This document shows, one piece after another, positions 35,985-48,655 of a stretch of DNA of 64,000 nt; position 1 is the stretch's first letter; each line of letters opens with the position of its first letter. Source of the stretch: Pristiophorus japonicus (lineage: Eukaryota); assembly GCF_044704955.1 (NCBI RefSeq), contig NC_091982.1, positions 254,138,001 to 254,202,000 on the forward strand, in the 5' to 3' direction. Under the pieces are notes generated by a model that had not been told where the DNA came from, ran no database searches, and saw only the letters and a program-made list of their open reading frames with translations. A program made the translations under genes and the position numbers.

Positions 35985-37525
35985 TGATTTAAAAAGATAG
36001 CCAAATGTAAAAATAATTTACTGCTGACTGACTGACTCGGTCCATTGACTTTGGTTCAATACAGATAAGTGTAAGGTAGTACGTTTTGGAAGTAAGATAA
36101 GGAGACCACATACACCTTGGAAAATAAGTGACTAAATGGGGCAGAGGACCAGAAGAATCTTGGGATACATATACACAAATCACTAAAAGTGGCGACGCAG
36201 GTTAATAAGGTCATAACAAAGCAAACAACTCATTGGGGTTTATTTCCAGAGGGACAGAATTGAAAAACAGAGAATTTATGTTAAACTTGTATAGAACCTT
36301 GGATAGACCACACTTGGAGTACCATAAACAGTTCTGGTCTCCATATTATAATAAGGATATAGAGGCACTGGAGGATGATACCTGGAACTGAAACATGATA
36401 CTTATCAGGAAAGATTGAACAAGCTGGGGCTCTTTTCTCTAAGGGGTGACCTGATAGAGGTCTTTAAGATTATGAAAGAGTTTCTTAGGGTAGATGTAGA
36501 GAAGGGGCCAAAAATTGTGGTCTCTGACGGGTACGCACAATGTGTGCACGCACACATAGAGGCCCTGGAAGTGCAATGCGCATGTGCCGAAAACGGGCAC
36601 TTGCAACCGACGCATTCCCGGAGAAGGGCCTTCGCGGGCAGTGATTTGGGCTATTTGCGCAACTCTTGCCCAGCGAAAGTCCTTCAAACTTTTACACCTG
36701 GTAAAAGCAAGCCTGAGGCCTGCACTTACCAGCGTGTATTTTAAAAGATAGAAAAATAAAATGTTAGCAATAATTTTTACATTAAAAACCCTGTCCATTA
36801 AGCTAAGTTTATTTTTACCCCTATTAAAACATTAAAAAATTTCAAAAAAATAATTTGTCTAAAACATTCAATTAATTTTAAATATGTGGTGTTTTTATTA
36901 TTTATTTTAAATGTTTGTGTTTTGGGGGTTTCCCCATTCATAGAAATGGTGATCTCTGTACAAATGGAACTCACCATTACTGAAAATGGGGATACGCCAT
37001 TTTCATTGGTTGGTCCGGCCCACGTAATCCAAGGCCTGTACATACGCTCCTGGAATACGTGGGCCCAGGCTGCACATACGCTCCTGGAATACGTGGGCCT
37101 GTACGCTTGGAGTACATGCCTACATTTCTCCAGGACCACCGGGTACTTTCGTTAAAAAAAAATTTGGTCAGAGGGCATCCACCCGCAGGAAGCCTCCGAC
37201 TGCAATTTCTGGGCCAGAAGATGTTTCAGCTTGCAAGGGAGACCATAAATATAAGATAGTCATTAATAAATCCACTAGGGAATCAGGAAAAACCTCTTTA
37301 CCCAGAGAATGGTTAGAACATGGAACTCGCTAGTAGTTGAGGCAAATAGCAGAGATGCATTTAAGGGGAAGTTAGATAAGCACATGAGGGAGAAAGGAAT
37401 AGAAAGCTATGTTGATAGGATTAGATGAAGGAGGGTGGGAGGAGGCTCATGTGGCGTCTAAAAACCAGCATGGATCTGTTTGGCTGAATGGCCTGTTTCT
37501 TCTCTGCAAATACTTTGTAATACTA
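35985..37525 (+). mobile_element. Degraded CR1 3' portion, interrupted by a MITE
   Basis: Translations LYRTLDRPHLEY, LNKLGLFSL and RGDLIEVFKIMK; FTQRMVRTWNSL follows the MITE. Confidence 0.85.
36504..37216. mobile_element. Harbinger-like MITE in CR1
   Basis: Ends GGGGCCAAAAATTG ... CAATTTCTGGGCCA. The host sequence GTAGAGAAGATG is duplicated around it. An internal 34-bp tandem repeat lies at 37040/37074. Confidence 0.82.
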
Positions 37526-37811
37526 TGATATGCTGGTTGTGACTCATTTAGTCTAACAGTCGACTCCGAGGGACTGCCGAAGTGAAGTCTAACAGCACGT
37601 GTGCAGAGAACTTTGTGTCTACTCCATAAATCTACCTCAGCTTGGTGATTTTTTTTTTAAGTGACATAAACATCTAAGCTTTGTTTGTTATTACTGAGTT
37701 AATTCCTAGATCTTTGTGAATTCATAATTTATGAGAAACTTGGATCAAAGATAAGAAAAGTTTATAAACCCTGCTGAATTTCTGGGTTTTGCACCAGTCA
37801 TATTTTCTGAT

Positions 37812-38116
37812 AGGGCCCGAAATTGTTCGCAGTGGAGTGGGGGCACAATCCCAGAAGTTACGCTGGGATTGTGTCTGCCAGTGACCTCTGCCACCGATTG
37901 CATAGGAGTATACGGGGTCAGTGGAAGGTGATCCTATTTGTATGGCGGGGCCCACTTCTGCACATCAGGAAGCTCGCATGTTCCTTCTCACTTGGCGTAC
38001 TGACTTCCAGATGTATGGCAGGTTCCTGGGATGTGGGAATGCCCGGCGTAGGGAGAGCCAACCCTCAGCCCCGCACCCGCCCTCCCCCGCCCCCCGACGA
38101 TCCCCACCACACGCAC

Positions 38117-38153
<37 letters not shown>

Positions 38154-38231
38154 TCAGCGACCTTGTTTGGGATGGCTAGCGGCTCCGCCCCAAACAAAAC
38201 CACAGGAAACGCCAGCGCAAATCTGGGACCT
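37812..38231. mobile_element. Probable Harbinger-like MITE containing (CA)n
   Basis: Ends AGGGCCCGAAATTG ... CAAATCTGGGACCT. Confidence 0.5.
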
Positions 38232-38237
38232 GGTGCA

Positions 38238-39442
38238 TTGATGCTCCAGTGCAGTTAAGATGACGTTTCTGTACATAGTAAGCTCCTGGTCTTGGTTATG
38301 TTATTAAAAGCCAGGTGTACAGTGTACCCTAGGACGCTCTTGTGCACTCAATGACCAGTTTCCAAAGCAGTAAATAGGATGCCTGTCCTCTCTCTCAGTG
38401 ACATAGAATGACATCAAATTAGCAGCACAATAACCGGCCGTTCGGCCCTGCTGGTCTATGTGCCACATGACCTGGTTGATCTGCCAGAATCCAACTGACT
38501 TGGCAATAAAAGTCCATAGGGATGGCTGAGCAGTGTTGACCCCAAAATCTTTCAAATGCCCATCAAGAGTCTAGATGGAATAATGGATTAGTGCACACTT
38601 CTTTCACCTCCAACTATGGACTTAAATTCAGCCCAAGCTGACGGGACGGAAGTCTCTTCAGCTTTCCGGCAAGGATTCAAAGTGAAACAAAATGAGGCAG
38701 CCTCAACTCAGTCCACAGCACCACAGCAACCCATAATTTGGTTCTAATTTGGGCATCTCATCCAGAAAGCAGAAGGTGTGGAAAACAGAAATGCTTTTCT
38801 TTGGTTAAAAATAGGGAAAAAGTAACCTTGGATCGAATCTGACCTTGGAGAAGCTCATGCTGAGTGCAAAAACTAGAAAAATGTTCCACTTTCCCAGCAT
38901 TGCTGTCCATCATCTTGAGGGGCATACAATTCAACCCCACACTGCCCTCCACCCCCACACAAAATAAACTAATTGATCCTTTGTTAAATTCGTTTTCAAA
39001 ACCTCAAAATTTTGAGTATGTACAATATTGCCAAAATTTCTCCTCTCTTTCCACTGAATGATGTTATAATTTAAACAGATGTGATAAACATGCTCTATTT
39101 AACCTAAACTATTCAGGGGAACAGTCTACCAACAGCAGAGGAAATAACACAAGGGCGACAATGACATCGAAAGCTATAAAACACTGCAAAACATTGTTGG
39201 TAGAGTATGTTGATGCTCCAGTGCTGTTAAGATGAAGTTTTTGTACATAGTAAGCTCCTGGTCTTGATTATGTTATTAAAAGCCAGATGTACAGTGTACC
39301 CCAGGACGCTCTTGTGCACTCAATGACCAGTTTCCAAAGCAGTAAATAGGCTGCCTGTCCTCTCTCTCAGTGACATAGAATTACATAGAATTAACAGCAC
39401 AGCATTCGGCCATTCGGCCCTGCTGGTCTATGTGCCACATGA
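38238..39442 (+). repeat. Pair of ~233-bp direct repeats (38238-38470 and 39210-39442), 972 bp apart
   Basis: Both run from TTGATGCTCCAGTGC to CTGGTCTATGTGCCACATGA with scattered substitutions. Confidence 0.92.
38583..38760 (+). mobile_element. tRNA-derived SINE (AmnSINE2-like), degraded
   Basis: GGATTAGTGCACACTTCTTTCACCTCC..AAATTCAGCCCAAGCTGACGGGACGGAAGTCTC. Confidence 0.5.
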
Positions 39443-40142
39443 GCCTCCTCCCACTCTACTTCATCTAACCCTATCAGTATATCCTTATATTGCTTTCTCC
39501 CTCATGTTGTTAACTAGCTTCCCCTTAAATGCATCTATGCTACTCACCTCAACTACTCCATCTGGTAGCGAGTTCTACATTCTAATCACTCTCTGGGTAA
39601 AGAAGTTGCCCCTGAATTCCTTATTGGATTTATTAGTGACTATCTTATAACAATGACTCTTAGCTTTCGACTCTCCCACAAGTATGAACATCTGCGACTA
39701 CCCTATCAAACTCCTTCATAAGTTTAAAGACCTATTAGGTCACCCCTCAGCCTTCTCTTTTCCAGAGAAAAGAGCGCCCCAACCTATTCAGCCTGTTCAG
39801 TCTTTCATGGTACTTATAACCTCTCAGGTGTGGTATCATCCTTGCAAATCTTTTTTCACAGCTTCTCCAGTGCCTCTATATCCTTTTTTGTGCACAGTTA
39901 TGGTCTCCATGTTACAGAGTGCTCTCAGTGTGATCTAACCAAGGTTTCATATAAATTTAACATAACTTATTTGCCTCTAAAAATTAACCCCAGTGCTTTG
40001 TTTGCAGTTTTATGGCCTTGTTAACCGGTGTTGCTACTTTTAATGATTTGTGAACCTGAAGCCCCTGATCCCATTGCTCCTCTACTCCATTTAGACTCTT
40101 ATTTTCCAAGGAGTATGTGACATCCTTATTCTTCCTACCAAT
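39373..40142 (-). mobile_element. Degraded CR1 3' portion
   Basis: The minus strand has TTTACCCAGAGAGTGATTAGAATGTAGAACTCGCTACCA and the tail (ACATAGAAT on the plus strand). Same family as 35985-37525. Confidence 0.82.
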
Positions 40143-40274
40143 GTAGAATAGCATGTGGCATTTCTGACTAACTTACAGTCTGTTAAAAGGGACCTGACAA
40201 GGCCCTGAGGGAGGAGAGTGTTGGGATGTATCAGGGTATTCTCATGATGGGGTGGGTTATACCTCCTGCAATTA

Positions 40275-40560
40275 CCTCCCTTCTTTTCTTGAGTATAATG
40301 ACTCCTGGGTGATGGTCATCCCCTGAGGGAAGAGAGGGGAAGGGATATCACAACCAAGCCTGATCTTGTCCTTACCCAATGGTCAAGTAGATGCCATTTT
40401 CAAGAGGAGCCACTAGATAATGATCAGGAGTGGAAAACTGAGCTGATATTTGGATCATGAGTATAATTGTAGCACTTCTATTGGGTGCTCCAGCTGAGAA
40501 TAACGAACCAAGCATCGATTGGGGTTCAAACCCAGAACCTTTTTGGTCTGTATGGTTCAG
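40275..40560 (-). mobile_element. LF-SINE-like element, degraded
   Basis: Reverse complement CTGAACCATACAGACC..GGGTTTGAACCCC..CTCAGCTGGAGCAC..GCTACAATT..CCACTCCTGATCATTATCTAGTGGCTCC..GGGTAAGGACAAGATCAGGCTTGGTTGTGAT. Confidence 0.72.
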
Positions 40561-42431
40561 ACAAGACTATTACAAGTTCAATAAAAGAATCCTTGTTGAA
40601 TTGAAAACCTTTTCATTAATAATTTAGGCGAATTACTTTAAATGCCTGACATTCCTGTCTATTGGCTGTCTGGATGTGGGGTGGACTTCAATACTACCAA
40701 AGACCTCAAGTATTGAAACATGCCAGAAATAACAGAAGTTTTCATGCAGCAGCGAGACCTGACCGAGAGAAATCTGTCTGTTTAAAGTTAATTAAATCCA
40801 CACTATTTACCAAACTGTTAAAGGACAGTCTGGAGTCATCTCTTGTATGAGATCATTTTTATTTTCAAATTCATAACTGTTGTAGAAATATTTTAACATA
40901 CTGGACCTCCGTTGCAGAGTTGTTGAGCTCTGTTTTAATAACCATTTGGAATCATTCCCGGAGCAGACTGCACTGTGCTTGCCACATTACTCCAATACTG
41001 CAGCATGGTGTGATTCACAACCGTGCCATGTCCTAGTTCTGGTGGAAAGCAGAGTGCTTGCAGTTTAAATGGAACTGCTGTGGCTCCGGTCCACCGAAGT
41101 GACTCCTGCCAATGCAGCGGAAGCTACCGGAAGCTGCGCGAAAGCATTCTGCGCATAACTGTCAGGTCCCAATTTTTAAAAATAACATTCACAACAGAGG
41201 GAGGTCTGCATAAATGCCAACTCTCGCATTTTTTCCCTTGATGGAAATAATTTTATTGTAAAGAATTACAAATAAAATTATTTTCCCCATTAGCAATTTG
41301 ATTTATAAACATGCAACTAGCAGAATAATGTTCACAGCCTTTTCTGCCCAACTACCTTTTTGAATTAGAGCCGGTTCCATATTGAAAATAGCCAAGATTC
41401 CTCAGCCCAAAGCTGCAGGCTCAATTTTATCTAAAGTTTTATATGTTTCTCTTTTCTTAAGATCTTTCCTATCATCTAAGCAGGGTGCATGCGCTATCTC
41501 GCCATTAAACCTGCGAAGTCTTCCCATCCAAATATTTACATCGAATCATGGTCATTAGCATTTTACACGCATTAGGATTTTATGATCAGTTAATGTCCTT
41601 TCCTAAACCTTTGGGGACTGTGGCCACATTTGAGAAGCAGGGCTGTGAATTATTCTAGTGACCGGCAAAATTAACACAATTTCAATTCTATCAAAATGAC
41701 TGCTGACTACGAAGTCCAGCAAGAACAACCAAGAGACCATTGGAACTGCACAGGCACAACAACTTTATGTCATTGATCCACACAGCTAGAGGTCAATGAT
41801 TTATCCCGCTCTTATCAAACCCACAACTAAGTTTGGCGATGCATAACAACAACATTTAGGCTAATATTTAAATACGGTAAACTGTTAATTTAGGACTGGA
41901 AGAACTTCAAGGTTGACTAGATAAGACAAGTTTTAACACTAATAGCTTATCTGAGTGCTGGCAGTATAGTAGTGAGAATACTTCCAGAGCCATAATAAAG
42001 CCTGACTTAGACTCAAACAAACCAAATCCAAATTGTCCACATTTTCCATCGAGACTCTGAATAATAGCGAGTGTGGTGAGCTGGAGGGGTTATGGCGATG
42101 AATGAAACTTTCAGAATCTTCTGTTGCTTACAAACAGTGTATTGACAACCTGCATTGTGCTAGGCGTTAAATGTCCTTATTGTTAAATGCCTCTTTATAA
42201 CTGATTTCTGGGTTGGTGCTTTGTTGTTTTAATCCTACATTACAATAGTGACTTCAAAAATACTTCACTGGCTGTAAAGTGCTTTGGGATATTCTGTGGC
42301 CATGAAAGGCACTACAGAAATGCAAGCCTTTCTTTCTGTTTCTTTCTTTAAAGGGAAGAACTAAGCAGGATAGCATTTCCTTTTGTACTAATGCCAATGT
42401 TACTATCTATAAATGAAAGTAACAACAGTGA

Positions 42432-42812
42432 GCCTTTCTTACCTCCGAGTCAGATGGTTGTGGGTTCAAGCCCCACTTCTGAACTTGAGGAGACAATCTC
42501 GACTGGCACTTCAGTGCAATAGTAAGGACATGCTGCCCTTTGGATAAGATGTTAATCTAAAATTCTGTCCACCTGGTCAGGTGGATGTAAAAGATCCCAT
42601 GGCAAACTTTCAAACAAAAGCAGAGAGTTCTTCTGATGTCCTGGCCAAAAGCAGTAAAACAGTCATTCATCGCATTACTGTTTGTAGATCTAGCTGCCAC
42701 ATTTGTCTACAAAGTAACTGTGACTATACTTCAAAAGTAATTAATTGGATGTGAAGTGCTTTAGGAAGTCCTGAGGACATGAAAGATGCTATTTAAATGC
42801 CAGTCTTTCTTT
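42432..42812 (+). mobile_element. DeuSINE (SacSINE1-like), near full length; a second tail-only copy lies at 42234-42345
   Basis: tRNA B-box GGTTCAAGCCC, Deu core CAGGTGGATGTAAAAGATCCCATGGCA, and an L2-like tail ..GCTATTTAAATGCCAGTCTTTCTTTC. Confidence 0.8.
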
Positions 42813-42933
42813 CTAACTCTCAAAGTCTATTCCATCAACTTTGAAACATTGGATAATACTAGTGGCCTGGTAACAATTGACAACACTGGTTCAAAGTGAG
42901 TACAGGCACAAAAATATCCCAGCGGCAGTACTG

Positions 42934-43852
42934 CAACAACTTGTATTTATATAGAGGGTAAATCTTCTAACATAAGGAAATAGCCCAAAACACTTCACAG
43001 AAGTGAAACAGATGCTGAGCAGCAAAGGAAGAAGAATGAGGGGAGATGATCAAATGTATGGTCAAAGAGGTAGATTTTGAGGACACTTTTGAAAGAGGGG
43101 AGAGATTTAACAAGACAACAAGGTTTGGGGAGAACATGGCAGTGTAAGGCCATGGCAGAAGAGGGATCTGCAAGTGAAGGTAGAGTTGAAGGCCAAGGAG
43201 CATGCTGCTATAAAGAGCTGGAGAAGGTTGCAGAGGTCGGGTGGTAAGCTCTTCAAGGCGACTTGTAGGTCATCATCTAGGCTTTGAATTCAATGTCTTG
43301 GCGGAATTCTCTTGGGAGATAGGAGCCACTGGAGGTTGACGAGGATAAAGATGATGAGGAAGCAGGATTTGGTGTAGGATAGGATGTGTGTGATGAAGCT
43401 TTGGATGTTGAGCAGATTATGCATGTAGGATTTGAAAGGCTGGCAAGGAACGTGTCTGAGTATTTGAGTCTGGAGGCACCAAATGTGTGAGGGGAAGTAT
43501 CAGTGGCAGTGGGGAAGAGGTAGGGAAGAAGACATGAAATATTGCAGAGGCAGTCTTGCTGATGTTTAGAATGTGGGATTTTAAGCTCAGCTCAGAGTCA
43601 AATAGGACACAGCTGTGTATTGTTAGCTTCAGTCTGGGCAAGTAGCAGGACAGGGGGATGTAATGAGGAAATAGGGGACCAAGTTGTTGGTAGGAGCCAA
43701 ACAGGTTTTGGCTTTAGTCTTGCTGATGTTATATTGAAGAAAATTCTTGCTCATCCATGACTTGATGCTGGATAAACAGTCTGACAGCACAGTAGTGGAG
43801 TCCAGGTAGTGGCAGAGAGGTACAGCTAAGCTGGACTTCAGTAGATGTTGCC
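42934..43852 (-). mobile_element. Old L2 LINE 3' portion
   Basis: The plus strand begins ACAACTTGTATTTATATAG (reverse L2 tail). Minus-strand remnants (VLFDSELSLKSHI, KTKAK) parallel 7100-7900. Confidence 0.75.
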
Positions 43853-44097
43853 CAATGACAGATTTTGGTTTGACAGTAAGTCACATGCAGCAATTTACTG
43901 ATGATTGTCTCAATAGTTCCACGACCATTGCAATCACAGAGTATGAGTTATGGTATTGGACTGGCAACCTGGAGATTGAGAGCCCAAATCCTGTCATGGC
44001 AAGTTGTGAAATTAAATTCAATAAATCTGGTAAGTTTTGAGTTAGCCAACACATAACTCTAGCTCTCATTACATGGTTGACCTGTAACACCCTGTGA

Positions 44098-44459
44098 AGT
44101 ACCATCTACAAGATGCACTGCAACAACTCACCCAGGCTTTATCAACAGCACCTCCCAAACCCACGACCTCTACCACCTAGAAGGACAAGCGCAGCAGAAG
44201 CGTGGCAACACCACCACCTCCAAGTTCTCCTCCAAGGCACACATCATCCTGATTTGGAAATATATTGCCGTTCCTTTATCGTCGCTGGATCAAAATCCTG
44301 GAACTCCCTCTCTAACAGCACTGTGGGAGTACCTTCACCACACAGACTGCAGTATTCAGGAAGGCGGTTCACCACCACCTTCTCAAGGGCAATTAGAGAT
44401 GGGCAATAAATGTTGACCTTGTCAGCGACGCCTACATCCCAGGAACGAATAAAAAAAAA
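44098..44459 (+). mobile_element. Jockey-group LINE 3' end, nested in a related short retroposon (43930-44880)
   Basis: TIYKMHCNNSPRL, followed by the 3' end ..GAACGAATAAAAAAAAA. Confidence 0.85.
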
Positions 44460-44581
44460 GTGGCCTAGCAAGCCACTCAGTTGTGCAGACAATCACTACA
44501 AAGCACCATCATCACAAGAAGGTGCAGTGGTTTAAGAAGGTGGCCATTACCTCTAAGGGCAACTAGGGATGGGCAGTAAAT

Positions 44582-44834
44582 ATATATAGGCCTCTCAGAG
44601 GGTCATGAATCTTTGGAATTCTCTACCCCAGAGAGCTGTGGAGGCTGGGTCATTGAATATATTTAAAGTGGTGATAGACTGATTTTTGAAGGATAAGGGA
44701 GTCAAGGGTTATGGGGAGAGGGCAGGGAAGTGGAGTTGAGGCCTACATCAGATCGGCCATGATCTTATTGAATGGCGGAGCAGGCTCGAGGGGCCCGATG
44801 GCCGACTCCTGCTCCTATTTCTTATGTTCTTATG
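44582..44834 (+). mobile_element. Short CR1 3' end
   Basis: SQRVMNLWNSLPQRAVEA and a TTCTTATG tail, flanked by TAAAT direct repeats. Confidence 0.85.
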
Positions 44835-46135
44835 TAAATGTGGCCATGCCATTATCAGCCACATCCTGAGAACAAATTAAAATCAGAAATCCATAGCACC
44901 AGTGGCAGCCATCTTGCAATTTTTCGGATCTTCCTTAATTTTGGAACAAAAATGCTAGATTGGCCAATACAGAAACTGCCAATTTCGTTTCTGTTGATTA
45001 TCAATTAAATAAAAATTGGACGCCTTCTACAATGGGCGACTGATCCACAACGCCAATTCTACAGCCGCGTGGCAAGTTGAAAATCTACCCCAAAAAATCT
45101 TCAGTGTTGATACTCTGTGAGGCATAGTGTAGTGTTATTTGTCACAACTGATAAATATTTAAGCAGAAGGGAAGTGAATGATCCATAATTAAATGGTCTT
45201 GAAAACATCAATGACGCATATCATAATGACTGATTCTGTACAAACATAAAACAAAATCAGTAGCTGTTTCAAAGAGGTTGCAGATGAATATTTGAGGTTG
45301 TCAATAATGATCATTCATGTACACATTACCAGCAGCCAGTAGCCACATGTGTCGGGACTTGAGAGTGGGACGGGGACCTGACAGCTGAATTCAATCCAAA
45401 CTGTGTACATGAGACAGGAAATGGTCTGAGCTGATGCAGCCAGAAGATATTAGAAACGTAACCGGGCTCGTGCTACCTACTTACACCGAATTTCAAAAGC
45501 AACTAGGTGTGTAGTGGCAGCAAATTATGAACAAGCAGAGTGTTGACTGTCAGAATGGTTTCAAAGTTATTGCAGTGATGAGAAATTGGACAATAGAGGG
45601 TTATCAGACAGTGGGCAAGTAAATCAGTTACTGTGGGAGTGAATCTCCTCAAACATATCATCTATATGTCTAGACAAGCGGAAACATATGAAAAGCTCCT
45701 CTGTGACAGTTGCATGCGGCATGCATTTAAGATAAGCTAACAAGCAGTAGCTGATAGAAAGTGAATTATGATTTTAGGAGTTCAGAGGTACTTCTCAGGG
45801 AAAAACTTTGATTCTCTTGTGGCTTGATTTAAGTGTTTCTCAACATTCTTTAGCAGCGAACACGACCTTCCTATAAAGTTGAAACATTTGGAAGTTTTTG
45901 GATCGGAAGACCTGAAAGATCGTTTAAACGGGCCTATTCTTTATAACTAGTGTAATTAGTAGCATTTATCCTAGTTCCTTGGGAGGGAGATTATCTGGTG
46001 CTGTCAGCCTCTGTGGTCATGAAGAGTCACCTACTTTTCCTGTTGGACGACTCGCATTCAACTCTACATCTGGTCTTCTGACAACCTGGCCAAGATCAGG
46101 AAATTGGTGTGAGGACGTTGCAGTCGGAACTCTAT

Positions 46136-46740
46136 AGGCTGTAATTTGCGGCCCCTATAGGAGGGGCGCACATTCCCACAGGGGCGTGCAAGTTCCGGGT
46201 TTAGGCATGCGCTGTGCATTCTCTCGCCAGATCGCATGCATCCCTGGGAAAAGGGCCTCCGTTGGGCGAAGAGTTGGGCTATTTGCCAACGTAAGAGAGT
46301 TTGAAAAATAAAAATAACATTTTAGCAATCATTTATACATTAAAAATCTTGTGCAATAAGATAAGTTAATTTTCAGCCCCTGTTAAAACTTGTAAATTTA
46401 TTTTTCAAAAAATTAAATTTATTTTAAATATTTAATTAAATGCCATTTTAATTAATTTTTTACCCATGTCATTTTTTTTATTTATTTGATGTGCATGTGA
46501 GGTATTTTGTATGTGACCCACGTTCACACTTATGGGCTTTCCGTACATACAGAATCCCCATAAGCGTTGGTTGGGCCAGCCCACGTGATCCCAGGGGCAC
46601 TTGCGAGTCGCCTGCAGCCCTGGGATACATGGTCCTCTACACAGCCCTACGCATAGAGGCCCAGGTGCGCAAGTCTCCCGAGGCAGAAGGCACATGTGTA
46701 GATCCGCCCACGGGAAGCCTCCAACCACAAATTCAGCCCT
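46136..46740. mobile_element. Harbinger-like MITE
   Basis: Ends AGGCTGTAATTTG ... CAAATTCAGCCCT with TAT on both flanks (3-bp TSD). Homologous to 36504-37216. Confidence 0.8.
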
Positions 46741-46801
46741 TATGTTTAACCATTCTGTGACACAGTATGGCGGAGTCCCTGCCCATCATTCACATGATCG
46801 T

Positions 46802-47640
46802 GGGGCCAAAATTGCCCACCGCTGGAAATGGGGCACACGCACCCCGTTTCTAGTGTTGTTACCGTCGCTGTGGATGAGGTGGCCTCTTGAGCGAAATTCC
46901 GCGTTTTCCTTTTTTTTTTCCCCAGTGGGTCCGGGAGTCGCTCATAATTGGGGGGAGGATATGTGGCGGTGAGCACACTAGAGGGACGGATGTTGGGGGG
47001 GGGGGGGGGTTGTAGTGTCCGCCGCTATCAGTCATTTCAGCGCTGATGACGTCATCAAAGCACCGCATCGCCACGGCTCCCCCCTTCACTTAAAGGAGAG
47101 AGCATTTGCGATTTTTAAAGTTCGATCCACTGGGTCACGAGAGAGGCTTTCGGCCAGGCCAACGGCCTGGCACCCTAGACGGAGTGCAAGGCTGTCTGTT
47201 GGCAGCCCGGCCGAACCTGGGAGCATAATTGTCGGGCCGACATGGCAGCCGGCCGCCAAAACAAACCGCGTGGCGGCAGCACGTCCTCCTCTTTAATGGG
47301 AGTCGCACCGCCAGTGTAGAAGGCCACAGCGTCACTGGACCACCTTAGAAGAGCAGTGTTTGACACGGCCCGGCGGGAGGAAGATTTTCTCGGCAGAATT
47401 TCACCGTCGTGGGGGGGGGGGGGACATCGACAGTGCGCATTCTGATGACGCACATAGGATGGCTTGGCAGCAGTGGAGCGGTAGGTGGGGGGTGGGTGGG
47501 GTCTCACCACCAGGATACCGCAGGAGTGGAATTTTGATAATGGCAGCCATTACACGAAAAATCGGTGGCCATTGCGCTCGCAGGGTGGACGCCGATTTCC
47601 GGTGATAACAGGCCCTAAGGAAAGGGGCCATTTTGGTCCC
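46802..47640. mobile_element. GC-rich Harbinger-like MITE
   Basis: Ends GGGGCCAAAATTGCCC ... GGGGCCATTTTGGTCCC. Confidence 0.75.
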
Positions 47641-48094
47641 ACAATCTCTTGCGCTCCTTTGTTTACTGTACACTTCCAACTATCATGTTTACTTTCTCTC
47701 CTAACTGTCCGTTACATTCTATCATTTTACTCTCATCAGATAGATTGGAGAATGTGTTTGATGGTGAGTAGTCACTTAATATTGATGAATTTCCACACGG
47801 TGAGTTGCGCCAATAGAACAAGGTTTGCACCTGGAGCATGAGACTTTCCTGGGCCAGCTCTTGTGCATATCCACTGGAGCAGAGAATTGTGCAAGTCTTG
47901 ATTTAAAATGGGTGTAATCTGTTGGAGTGCAAGGAAATTAGAGTGCAGCCTTTAAGAAGATAGTTCTGACTGAACACTGTAGCAACAGACTGGGGTCAAC
48001 CAGGGAAGGAAGGAGCAATGCTCGGATCACTCACTTGAATCTTTTTCTGATACTTTTCAGGAATTTCTACTACAGGAGCAGCAGGCAGCAAGAT

Positions 48095-48260
48095 ATGGCC
48101 CACAGGCACGGAAGATGTCCGAATTTCATAGACTCTGATCTGCAAGACCTCCTCGAAGTAATTGACTTTGGGAGACACAGACTGCTGGGTGTCTGTCGCA
48201 GTGAACCTGTCAGAAATGTCACCCATGTCACCTGGAGGGAGACATAACTGGCACTGAGTG
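48095..48260 (+). pseudogene. Myb/SANT-like domain remnant (Harbinger accessory ORF)
   Basis: MAHRHGRCPNFIDSDLQDLLEVIDFGRHRLLG..VTHVTWRET fits the pattern R.PNF...L..LL..V..L.G...W. It is preceded by a TTTTCAG acceptor. Confidence 0.6.
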
Positions 48261-48655
48261 CCAACTCCCTCAAACCAGCACTAAATATATTATTTTGAGA
48301 TCAGGCAACATTCTGAAGTTAGTTGATACTGTGCAACAAAAATTGAGTCAGCTTCAGTCGAGGCAACAAACCAGGCAGTGTGTATAAATGGGATAGTTTA
48401 GTAGATTATTCAAATTAGTTGACCAGAGCAAGAGGCAACATCATCTTCTCATGCAATGGTGGGCAGTGTTAGAACCTTCACTATGATGCTGGCAAAATCT
48501 TCAGAAATACATAGAAAATGTATTGAATACATCACTAAAGTAAAAAACTGGGTGCACCCTTTTAGGATACCAGGGAAAGTAAGACTCTGTCATTTCTGTC
48601 CCTGTTCAAGTCTCCATTCAGTCAACTTTCAGCAAATATACATCTAACCCACATA

